NCBI RefSeq assembly: GCF_001194135.2
Contig: NC_068996.1
Location: 50,257,825 to 50,321,824 of the forward strand
Direction of reading: 5' to 3'
DNA length: 64,000 nt
Source of the DNA: Octopus bimaculoides
Taxonomy: Eukaryota
Shown here: positions 26,485 through 39,100 of the stretch, one piece after another
How positions within the stretch are numbered: position 1 is the stretch's first letter
Layout of the letters: every line of letters begins with the position of its first letter
Notes under the pieces: generated by a model
Told to the model about the DNA's origin: nothing
Seen by the model: the letters and a program-made list of their open reading frames with translations, nothing else
Database searches by the model: none
Made by a program: the position numbers and the translations under genes

Positions 26485-27460
26485 GTATGTATGGATATGT
26501 CAGTTTCCCAACCCATGCCAACAAGGAAAATGAAAATAAAATGATGAAGATAATGATGGTAGTGACGAGTTTCGTGGAAATTTACAAGAAATTATAGAAA
26601 CGATCAAAAACACACACATACATACATAAACAGACACATACATAAATACACACACATTATGTTTATTATGGACTTCCAGTAATGCATGCGCAATGATATA
26701 CACTGACTGGTTGGAGTTTGCTGTTCCATACCTACACACATGTGACTCACCGACTTTGTTTCTTTATAACTTTCAGAAAAAGGGATATTTTAAAAATAAA
26801 ATTGTCTACAAAAATGCTTCAGATGGTATTGATTCTGATTGCATCAGAATTTGCTTTGAAATAAAAAAAAAAAAAAAAAAAATGTTTGTCAGTATGTATG
26901 TGTGTTATTCCACAAGTTTTTATTTTCATATTAGATGCTGATACAATCGTATTTTACACACTCTGAAAAGTATTTGTCAAAATTTTCATTTAAAAATACC
27001 TATTTTTCGGAAAGTTATAAAGAAACAAAGCTGAATCCCCACTCTCCTGGAAACATTCCTTTTTCACAATAAATTTAGATATAATCAAAACCTATGCCAT
27101 CTGAAATATATTTGTAGAAAATTTCATTAAAAAATATCCATTTTTCTGTAAGTCATGAAGAAACAAAGTTGGTGGGGCACATTTGTGTAGGTATGCCCAT
27201 AATTTACATATCAGCTTGTTTTGCTTCACTTGCATTTTGTATATAGCAATATCTAATTATATAACTGCATGTTATATCTAAACAAAGAATATACTTCTTT
27301 CATTCAGTTTTGTATCAAAAGGTGACAATAATATGAATGAGATAGGCTCAGTTTTTCATGGTACATAAACGAAAATAGGATAACAGTATTTACAATGATA
27401 CTGTGTTTAGTAAATGAATACTAACTGTATTAAAAATGCATCGTAGTGTGTATGTACATT

Positions 27461-27491
<31 letters not shown>

Positions 27492-28957
27492 TATAAAATT
27501 TACTGGCTGTAATTAGGTATTAATTTTTCATTGTTTTATAAATTTTGTGTGGCTATTTGAGTTATATTTTTTTAGCTCTCATTTCTAGCAATTACAGATG
27601 CTATTTTGCACCCTTATCTATGCATTCTATCTTTTTGGTTTTTTAATTGCTTTAGCCACCTATATTATAATGTATTTATTATATCGTAATATATTACTTT
27701 ATCATTATATCTTTATCATTCCAAAGATACTCTATTTGAGATTCTTCAAACGCAAACATGCACGCACTTCTGAGTGCATCTACAAAAGAATACATGTACA
27801 AAGTAATCATACAAAAATGCCCGATGTCAAATAAGTCAGCATTGAATCCATGGCACCATACCGTCTCTAGCCTTATAGAAATGGAAGATGATACGATAAA
27901 ATCGTTACAAGGAAAACCAAGAAGGAAATGAGGAGAAAAAAAAAAGAAAGAAACTTGTAAAATTTTCTTTATGTTATGAATAAAAAGTTTTGAATGGTAC
28001 AACAATGCACTATAATACAAAAATTGGACTATATACCTGTTGTAATTTAGTTACCTATAGTCCGATGATATTTCAGAATACAATTCCTTCTTCAGATATT
28101 CTTAGATGGAGTCTCTGCTATAATCTGTTTTCCAAAGGAAGAAAACCGTTGGAAAACAGTTTATAGCAGAGACTCCATCTAAGAATATCTGAAGAAGGAA
28201 TTGTATTCTGAAATATCATCGGACTATAGGTAACCAAATTACAACAGGTATATAGTCCAATTTTTGTATTATAGTGCATTGTTGTACCATTCAAAACTTT
28301 TTATTCTTTATAAACGATACACAATGCTTCAAGTGAACTACAATACTCTCCTATCTTTATGTTACGTACAGGTAACCATACTTTACCTGAACATGAATGA
28401 ATTACTTTTTTCTTCTTAAGAATATTCCTTGAATTGTCAGTTTTCTTTTTTTCCACTTTAACTGATGGAGGGCTTATAGGATCCAAATTTGGATATCTAC
28501 ACAATTGGCTGCGAAAATGTTGGAAGCCGTGTTTTAAGTTCTGGAAAGATAACAGTAGAAAAAAAAAAGTTACCATGTCTCATAACTGCTGTTTTCAGCC
28601 ATTTCACAATGAAAATTCACCCTTTTAATGCCAGTCTGTCTGGGACCCTCCTTTCGATAATACAAACTTAGTCTTTTGAAGTGATCTGAATTAAAAGCTT
28701 CCATCAAAATTTGATGTTAATTTATTTCTGATAACAGCTTAGAAGTCACCAAGTCATTTTACTATATTCTTGACCGTAAGTGCAGATGTGGCAGTGTGGT
28801 AAGAAGTTTGCTTTTCAACCATATGGTTCTGAGTTCAGTCCCACTGTGTGGCACCTTGAACAAGTGTTTTCTACTATAGCCTTGGGCCAACCAAAGCCTT
28901 GTGAGTGGATTTGGAAGGACAAACACAAACAGACACACACATATATATGTGTGTGTG

Positions 28958-29010
<53 letters not shown>

Positions 29011-29020
29011 NNNNNNNNNN

Positions 29021-29070
<50 letters not shown>

Positions 29071-32000
29071 ACAAGCTTCTTTCAGTTTCCATCTACCAAA
29101 TCCAGTCACAAGGCTTTGCTCAACCTGAGGCTACAGTAGAAGACACTTGGCCAAAGTGCCATGCAGTGGGACTGAACCCAGAACCATGTGGGTGGTAAGC
29201 AAGCTACTTCCCACACAACCACTCCTGCGTCTATGGTACTGACGTTATTTCTGACAGTTAACACTCAGCTGTGAACAGGTAGCTCTGCAATGGAAGGGTA
29301 TCCCAATCAGGGGTGAATGTCTGCCTGTTTGTCTAGCCAGTAAGGTAGCATTATTCAAAGGCTAAAATGATGCAAAGCGCATTGTGACCAGTGATGTGTA
29401 ACAACATCTGATAGCCTGGTTGGTCAAACATATATCAGAAAAGAAGCACACTCTAAAGAATAGAGCAGTAATTATTAAAACAAAAAGTTAAATTCTGGAC
29501 ATCAAGTTACCAATGGTTTCATGTCCACAAAAGCCACAGCCTTGTGGATAGCGCATCAGACTCTATACAAAGACAAAACTTAACTTTCTACCTTATGGAT
29601 GAGAGGAAATGCTAGGATAACAAGATTTAATGGCTAATGTGTAAAAACTCGAATGAGGATGGTTTATCTCCCTTGGACCAGGGGATATAAGAAAAACCTT
29701 CACAGACTCATAATAGCCTAACCAGCAAACAGGGAGAACCAATTTTCCTGTAGGTAGTGCTTGAAATGGATACAATTAGAGAAAATTTCAGGTTTAGTAT
29801 AGTCCTTAAGAATTTTGGTTCTCTCTGCAATGCAGATTTTGCAACAACCACTCCCATTAATGTATGGGCCTGGATGTTCTATTATTTTCCGCCTGATATC
29901 ATCATATGGAGTCCCTTGATCTTTGAAGTGCCACACATGGCTGGTTAGGGATGTGACAAAATATCTTTCTGGGACTCTGAAGGATGATTGGTGGCTATGG
30001 TGTCAGCAACAGTGTTACAAACAGCACCCCAAGGCCTGGAGCCTACCAGAGATATACCAGGAGTGCAAATATAGCCACCCCTCAAGTTTGTAAATATATC
30101 TGATCAGCCAGTACATCTTTCAAACAACACTTCCGTAATATCATGTGATATCAAGTGGAAAATAGTACAACATCCAGGCCCATTTGTTAATGGGAGTGGT
30201 TGCTGCAAAATCTGCACTGCGGAGAGAACCAAAATCCTTTAGAACTATACTAAACCTGGCGCATTAAATAGTCGTAGAGAAATTTTCTCTAAATGTGTCC
30301 ATTTCAAGCACTATCTACTGGAAAATTGGTTTCCCCATTTGCTGGTTAGGCTATTACGAGGCTGTAAAGGATTTTTAATACCCTGGTCCAAGGGAGATAA
30401 ACCGTCCTCGTTAACGTTTTTATATGTTAGCCATTAAATCTTGTTATCCTAGCATCCCCTCCGCTTGGTAGAAAGTTAAATTTTGTCTTTGTATAGAGTC
30501 TGATGAGCTGTCCACAAGGCTATACATGCACTAGTTTACCTTTAGTATTCAAGTACTATTTTCTCTACCTTGTTTTGCACTTATCTACTCACACATAGGT
30601 GCAATCATGGCTGTGTGTTGAGAAGTTTGCCTCGCAATCACATAGTTCCAGGTTCAGTCCCACTGTGTAGTACCTTGGACAAGTGTCTTCTACTATAGCC
30701 TTGTGTTGACCAAAGCGTTGTCAGTGGATTTGGTAGACAGAAACTGTCATGTATATATATATATTTATTTATTTGTTTCAGTCATTTTGACTGTGGCCAT
30801 GCTGGAGCACCGCCTTTTAGTCGAGCAAATCGACCCCCAGGACTTATTCTTTGTAAGCCTAGTACTTATTCTATCGGTCTCATTTGCCGAACCGCTAAGT
30901 TACAGGGTGGGGGGAACAAACACAGACACACAAACATATACACACACATACATACATATATACAATGGGCTTCTTTCAGTTTCCATCTACCAAATCCACC
31001 CACAAGGCTTTGGTTGGCCTGAGGCTTTAGTATAAGACCCTTGCCCAAGGTGCAAGTGTCTTCTACTAAAGCCTCAGGTTGGTAAGCAAACTACTTATCT
31101 CACAGCCACCCCTGTACCTACACACACACACACACACACAGGTGCAGTCATGGCTGTGTGTTGAGAAGTCTACCTTGCAATCACATAGTTCCAGGTTCAG
31201 TGCCACAGCATGGTACCTTGGACAAGTGTCTTCTACTATAGCCTTGCATCAACCATGTATATATATATAAATAATGTGTGTGTGTGTGTGTGTGTAAGTT
31301 TGTGTCTGTGTTTGTCCACCACCACTGCTTGATGACTGGTGTTGGTGTGTTTATGTCCCCATAACCTAGCGGTTTGGCAAAAATAAATACCATGCTTTAC
31401 AAAAAATAGTAAGTACTAGGGCTGATTCATACAACTAAAGATTCTTCAAGGTGGTGCCCCAGCATGGCCACAGTCTAATGACTGAAACAAGTAAAAGGCA
31501 AGAGAAACGAGTTTTTAAATCATTCTACAAGATTACGGTAACATTGTTGAACCAAGTGAAATCGTAGTCGTGACTAATGCCAGTGCCACCTGACTGGTAC
31601 CCATGCTGGTAGCACGTGAAAAGCACCATTTGAGCATGGCTGATGCTAGTGTCGGCTGACTGGCATTTATGCTGATGGCACGTAATATGCACCATTCAAG
31701 TGTGGTTGACACCAGTGCTGCCTGACCGTCCCCCATACTGGTGGTACATAAAAAGCACCATTTGAGCATGGTCGATGCCAGTGCCACCTGACTGGCACCC
31801 ATGCCGGTGACATGTAAAAAGCACCATTTGAATCTGGCTGATGCCAGCGCCGCCTAACTGGCACTTGTGCTGGTGGCAGGTAAAAACACCCGCTACACTC
31901 TCGGAGTGGTTGGTGTTAAGAAGGGCATCCAGCTGTAGAAACCTTGCTGGTTCTCAGTCAAACTGTCCAACCCATGCCAGCATAGAAAGTGGATGTTAAA

Positions 32001-32461
32001 AGATGATGATGATGATGATGATGATGATGATATTTAAAAAAAAAAGAGAAAACGAAAAAGAAAGCATGTAAAACGATTACTTACCTTTGTATCTTTCTCA
32101 AGCATTTCACTTTGGTATTTTGTGTCCCTAATAACTCTAGAAGTATCATCAGTGAGTAAATAGTTGCCTTCAGAAAAATCAGTCTCATCAAAGACATTAT
32201 TTCCTGGCTGTCGTGTGTGGTGATACTGAACTGCATCAGAGCATTCACTGTTACAAATGCATTCGCTTTGGCAGTCAACCAATGATTGTATGCCTTTGCG
32301 GGAAGGCGGCTCTTCATGATAACCACCATGCAAAAGCACTGGTTTATTACAAGGTATTTCACTGTTTGCATCAGACCTAAGACAATGAGAGCAAATAATT
32401 ACATATCATTTATCTTATAGCTTTGTGTTTTGCATATATACAAAAATATACACATGTATAT

Positions 32462-32506
<45 letters not shown>

Positions 32507-34840
32507 NNNNNNNNNNNNNNNNNNNNNNNNNNNNNNNNNNNNNNNNNNNNNNNNNNNNNNNNNNNNNNNNNNNNNNNNNNNNNNNNNNNNNNNNNNNNNN
32601 NNNNNNNNNNNNNNNNNNNNNNNNNNNNNNNNNNNNNNNNNNNNNNNNNNNNNNNNNNNNNNNNNNNNNNNNNNNNNNNNNNNNNNNNNNNNNNNNNNNN
32701 NNNNNNNNNNNNNNNNNNNNNNNNNNNNNNNNNNNNNNNNNNNNNNNNNNNNNNNNNNNNNNNNNNNNNNNNNNNNNNNNNNNNNNNNNNNNNNNNNNNN
32801 NNNNNNNNNNNNNNNNNNNNNNNNNNNNNNNNNNNNNNNNNNNNNNNNNNNNNNNNNNNNNNNNNNNNNNNNNNNNNNNNNNNNATATATATATATATAC
32901 TTTTCTACTCTAGGCACAAGGCCCGAAATTTTGGGGGAGGGGGCCACTCAAACAGATTGACCCCAGTACGCAACTGGTAACTCATTTATCGACTCTGAAA
33001 GGATGAAAGGCAAAGTCAACCTCAGCAGAATTTGAACTCAGAATGTAGTGGCAGATGAAATACTGCTAAGCATTTCGCCCGCTGTGCCATCATTTCTGCC
33101 AACTCACTGCCTTAAATAAATATATACATATATCATCATATTCCCGTCAATATCAGCTAACACTCCATTGTATTCTTTATGCGAAACCAATTGGTAAGAT
33201 CACACACACACACACACATCATATATATATATATATATATAATACAAAGAATATATATACATGTATACACACATATATGTACATACTTACATCTACATGT
33301 GTATATACATGCATATCAGGGTACAGGACGTTAGAACAATAAACTACAGACAACGGAACGAACATATAGGAAAACGGAAAGCCACTTGGAATATCCCTTC
33401 ATCAGCTGTCTCTATTCTATCTAGACGTTTCGAAGACCAGACAGGACGTACTCTAGAATAGTCTCTTCCTGAGTAGTGGATCAACCAACTACACAGAGGA
33501 TTCCAAGGTGGCAAACACAAACCAAGACAGGAAAAAATGGACAGTGAAAACCATATATATATATATACATATAAGTATATATATATCATATATATATATA
33601 CATATATATGTTGGCGTTAGGAAGGGCATCCAGCTGTAGAAACTCTGCCAAATTAGATTGGAGCCTGGTGTTGCCATCCGGTTTCACCAGTCCTCAGTCA
33701 AATCGTCCAACCCATGCTAGCATGGAAAGCGGACGTTAAACGATGATGATGATGATGATACATATATATATATANNNNNNNNNNNNNNNNNNNNNNNNNN
33801 NNNNNNNNNNNNNNNNNNNNNNNNNNNNNNNNNNNNNNNNNNNNNNNNNNNNNNNNNNNNNNNNNNNNNNNNNNNNNNNNNNNNNNNNNNNNNNNNNNNN
33901 NNNNNNNNNNNNNNNNNNNNNNNNNNNNNNNNNNNNNNNNNNNNNNNNNNNNNNNNNNNNNNNNNNNNNNNNNNNNNNNNNNNNNNNNNNNNNNNNNNNN
34001 NNNNNNNNNNNNNNNNNNNNNNNNNNNNNNNNNNNNNNNNNNNNNNNNNNNNNNNNNNNNNNNNNNNNNNNNNNNNNNNNNNNNNNNNNNNNNNNNNNNN
34101 NNNNNNNNNNNNNNNNNNNNNNNNNNNNNNNNNNNNNNNNNNNNNNNNNNNNNNNNNNNNNNNNNNNNNNNNNNNNNNNNNNNNNNNNNNNNNNNNNNNN
34201 NNNNNNNNNNNNNNNNNNNNNNNNNNNNNNNNNNNNNNNNNNNNNNNNNNNNNNNNNNNNNNNNNNNNNNNNNNNNNNNNNNNNNNNNNNNNNNNNNNNN
34301 NNNNNNNNNNNNNNNNNNNNNNNNNNNNNNNNNNNNNNNNNNNNNNNNNNNNNNNNNNNNNNNNNNNNNNNNNNNNNNNNNNNNNNNNNNNNNNNNNNNN
34401 NNNNNNNNNGGATTGCAGCAATGTGAAATGAAGTGTTTTGCTCAAGAACACAATGCACAGCCAGCCTGGGAATTGAAACCACGATCTCATGACTATAAGT
34501 GCAACGTGTCTAACCACTAGGCCACACGTGCCTTCACACCTAAAAATATACTTACCTAAAATATACTTTCTCAGCTTTCCGGGTTATTTCTTGATGCAAT
34601 GCTGAAAAAAAAAAGACAAAAAAAAAAGAAAAAGAAAAAGATAAAAAAACGTAACAATAATAATAATTGACACAAGACCAGCAATTTTAAGAGGAAGGGG
34701 CAAGTTGATTACATCGACCCCGAAAGGATGAAAGGCAAAATTAACCTTGGAGGGATTTGAACTTGTAAAAAGAATTGGAGGAAATGTGGCTAAGCATCTT
34801 ACCCAACTACCAAATGATTCTACCAATTCACTGCCTTTGA

Positions 34841-34882
<42 letters not shown>

Positions 34883-34966
34883 TGGTAGCGGTAGTAGTAG
34901 TAGTAGTAGTAGTATAGTCGTAGTAGTAGTAGTAGAGTCGTAGTAGTAGTAGTAGTAGTAGTAGTC

Positions 34967-35003
<37 letters not shown>

Positions 35004-35007
35004 AGTT

Positions 35008-35041
<34 letters not shown>

Positions 35042-36095
35042 TGGTAGTAGTAGTAGTAGTAGCCATCATCATCATTATCATCATTTAATGTGCCTTTTCT
35101 CTGCTAGCAGGGATTAAATGGTTTGACAGGAATTAGCAAGCTGGAGAGCTACACCAAGCTCTATTGTCTGTTTTTGGTTAGGGTTTCTTATTTCTTTACT
35201 GCCCACAAGGGGCTACACACAGAGGGGACAAACAAGGACAGACAAATGGATTAAGTCGATTAGATCGACTCCAGTGTGCAACTGCTACTTAATTTATCGA
35301 CCCCGAAAGGATGAAAGGCAAAATTGACCTTGGCGGAATTTGAACTCAGAACGTAGCGGCAGACGAAATACCGCTAAGCTTTTCGCCCGGCGCGAAACAT
35401 TTCTGCCAACTCTCCACCTTCAGGTTAGTGTTTCTATGGCTGGATGTCCCTACTTAATGGCAATTGCTTACATTACACTGCTTCACAGAGTAGACTGGAT
35501 GCCAACCACTTTACAGATTCTACAGCATGTTTTTTTACGTGGCACCAGCACTGGTGAGGTCACCAAATAACTTGCAAGACAAATACACCACCTCAGGTGA
35601 GAAGGGTAGAGGTATGGAGGGAGGTAGCTTTGTGCCAGGTGAAGAGGGGTTAGAACATTGTTTTACCTAAGGACCCCTCTAGTTCCTATTTTATTAGTAA
35701 GGACCCCTATAGCTATTCGATGTTTAAGAAATCCTGTTGTATTTTTATAATTAAATGTTATTAGGAATTGCTTAAAAAAAATTGTTAAAATATTTAGTGT
35801 ATTGTGGACCAATTTATTATGCATAAACTTTAATTGTCTGAAACAATTTTTTCATGGCTCCTGAAAAATTACCATGGACTCCCAATTTACTATATTGCAT
35901 CTATGGACTCCCAAAAATCTTACATGGACCCTGGTTGAGAACAGCTGGGTTAGAATAATGATAGAGGAAGGACAGGAACAAGTGTCTTGCTGTAGGGAAG
36001 AGGAAGAGGCAAGTTGATTACATCGGGCATATGGCGTAGTGGGTAAGAGCGCGGGCTACTAACCCCAAGATTCCGAGTTCAATTCCAGGCTGTGA

Positions 36096-36151
<56 letters not shown>

Positions 36152-39100
36152 TCTAAAAATACCTTAGGAATGAGAACCTAGGTTTGAAATTTCCCCAAGA
36201 CACCTGAAGAAGGCTGGAGGATATATCAGCCGGAATGTTGTGTTAACAACAAACAAGATGAGGACAAATATCAGTCAAATGTAAAATAATTTCTCATCTT
36301 TTAAATATAGAATTGGAAGATTACCCAAGTTGGAAAGGGAAAAAAGATGGTGGTTGGTAATGAGGTGTTGGGGTATATCCTCAAGTTACTGGAAGGTGAA
36401 TATAAATGGCAAAGAAGATTGGACAGGGTGAGTGTGGGAAGAGACTGACAGATGGAGCAAATGTAAACATGTTTCAAAAGTAAAATAAGTATATAATTAG
36501 AATATATACATCTAAATACTGACCCACAGACATACATACATATATTGCGAAATATATAACTTTATTTGTGTTTATTTACAGGAGAATTAAATTTATGTTT
36601 TATGTGCATATGTGTTTTTGTTTGATTCTTTTCTATTTTCTTTCTGCTTTCATCTTCTTCTTCATCTCGAACTTCAAATTCTGTTTTTGTTTTTCTGTTT
36701 TATAAATTTTTTTAACTTTACACTTTCCATGTTCACTTAGAAAAGAGAAAGATAGAGAAAGAGAGAGAAAGAAAGAAAGTAAGAAAGAAAGAGAGAGAGA
36801 AAAAACAGAAGTGAAATGAAACTACAAAATTGAAGAAGCTTGTTGGTCACAGCAGTAATAAGATTTTGAAAAAAAAAGGAACAAAAAAAAAAAGTGATGA
36901 TAAACAATAAAAGATGCTTTGAAAAGGCCCTCCCTCACAAGTGTAAATTGGTGCAAATAAGAAATCAGAGCCAACCACTGACTGGAAGGTGGGGACATAG
37001 GTTGCACTATATGAGCATAAGAGAAGAAAGACAGGGCAGGTGAATAAATATTACATCTAAATGACTGGTGGATGAGGTGGGAGTGGGGGGTATAAATCAC
37101 CACACAGCCACAAAGGGTCTGTGGCATATTTCTTAATAGATGAGCCTGGCGATACACCCAGTACACACATACAAATGCAGAGATACACACACACATATAT
37201 ACACATATGTGTATATTTATACACATACACGTTCATAAATATATATATATATATATACACTCTCGGAGTGGTTGGCGTTAGGAAGGGCATCCAGCTGTAG
37301 AAACTGCCAAATCAGATTGGAGCCTGGTGTAGCCATCTGGTTCACCAGTCCTCAGTCAAATCGTCCAACCCATGCTAGCATGGAAAGCGGACATTAAACG
37401 ATGATGATGATGATGATGATATATATATATATATTATACACAGTAATCCCTTGCCATATCACAGTTCACCAATCATACACTTAGTACATCATGGATTTTT
37501 CAGGCTAATATACGTAAATTTATGTCATGGACTTCTCTGTATATTTTGGGTTTCTGTGGCTGATTGGTGTTTATATTTCTTTTAGATTCTAATTATTTCT
37601 GTGGTAAAATAAGCATTTTCACACCTAAAAATTTATAAAATAATAAATAAGAGTACAGTCACGGTACTGCACTGTATAAGACATTAATTAAAATATAATA
37701 AAAGTAAATACGTAGTGTACCTTAGATGAGTAAACAAAGAATCGGACATACTGTATGGGAAATGAAACTCGGAGGTGAGTGTGTGGTGTTGTTTTGCATT
37801 TATGATAAAATAAATATAGACAAATTATAAAAATAATAATAAAAAGTATACAGTACAGTACTGCTTCTACTTCATGGATTTTCAACAATCGCTTGGGGGG
37901 TGGGGTGGGGTGGGGGTGGAACATAACACTAATGATAGTTGAGGGATTACTGTACACACAGACATTCATATATTAATATATAAAAAACATAAATAACCAT
38001 ACACAAACACATGCACATGTCCTTTGTGCCCACTCCCCATCCCCAACCTACTGCACACAATCTATTCTCAACTGACAAACCTCCCCCACAACCCAGCTTC
38101 CCGACACCACCTTACCCCTCACCCACGTCCACCACCCACTGCATTCCCCTCCGTTGTCTCTCATGGACCTGCCTGCACACAATATGCCATTGTTGAATTT
38201 CTTCCCCCACAGCATATCCTTCCAATACCCCCTACCCCTGCTACTCCAGCTTGCCCACACCTCTTATCTACCACTCTCCTTTTGCAATCTCATGAGCCCA
38301 CCTACCAACTCTCCCTCTTCAATAACCAGTCCACTCACCCCACCCCTACACACCATATCTTCACCATTTTCTCTCTCTCCTCTCTTTAACTCTCCCCACT
38401 CCCACATGAAGTAGCCATGGTTTCCCCTCTAATGCAAGACCCCTTTTGCTCTCCCTCAATACTACTCCTCACCTCAGTTGAGGATATCTTATTTTGCAAG
38501 TTACATGGCAACCTCACTGGTGCTGGTGCCACATAAAAAGCACCCAGTACACTCTGTAAAGTGGTTGGCGTTAGGAAGGACGTCCAGCTTTAGAACCATG
38601 TCAAGGCAGAGAGCAGAGCTTGGTGCAGTCATCTGGCTTTTCAGTTCCTGTCAAACCATCTGGGTTCAGACCCACTGTGTGGCACCTTGGGCAAGTATCT
38701 TCAACTACATCCTCAAACCAACCAAAGCCTTGTGAGTGCATTTGGAAGATGGAAACTGAAAGAAGCTGTTGTTTACCATGATGATGATGATCATCATTTT
38801 ATGTCCATTTACCATGCTGGCATGAGTTGGAAGTCTGACAGGAAATGGCAAGTAAGAAGACTGCACCAATCCCTGCTATCTGCTTTGGCTTGGTTTCTTA
38901 CAGCTGGATGTCCCTCCTAATGCCAACCACTTTACAGAGTGTACTGGGTGCTTATTATGTAGTACAGCCAATAAAAAGAGTTGCCATGAAATTACTGTGA
39001 CGAGTGGGAAATCCAGTGTTTTGGACAATGACCTTCTTCAGGGAAAAGTTGAAAAGAAGAAAATTAATGAAGCACAGCAGAATTTTACATTTACTGACTG

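Noticed and set aside
33400-33475. Minus-strand GAAACGTCTAG followed by CTGATGAAGGG
   Set aside because: The motifs are in the wrong order or spacing for one hammerhead and the upstream core is degenerate; probably PLE-derived, but no fold can be supported.
36620-36725. Lys/Glu-rich stretch that looks coding on the minus strand
   Set aside because: Stops in all frames near the plausible acceptor; not needed for phase continuity; low complexity.
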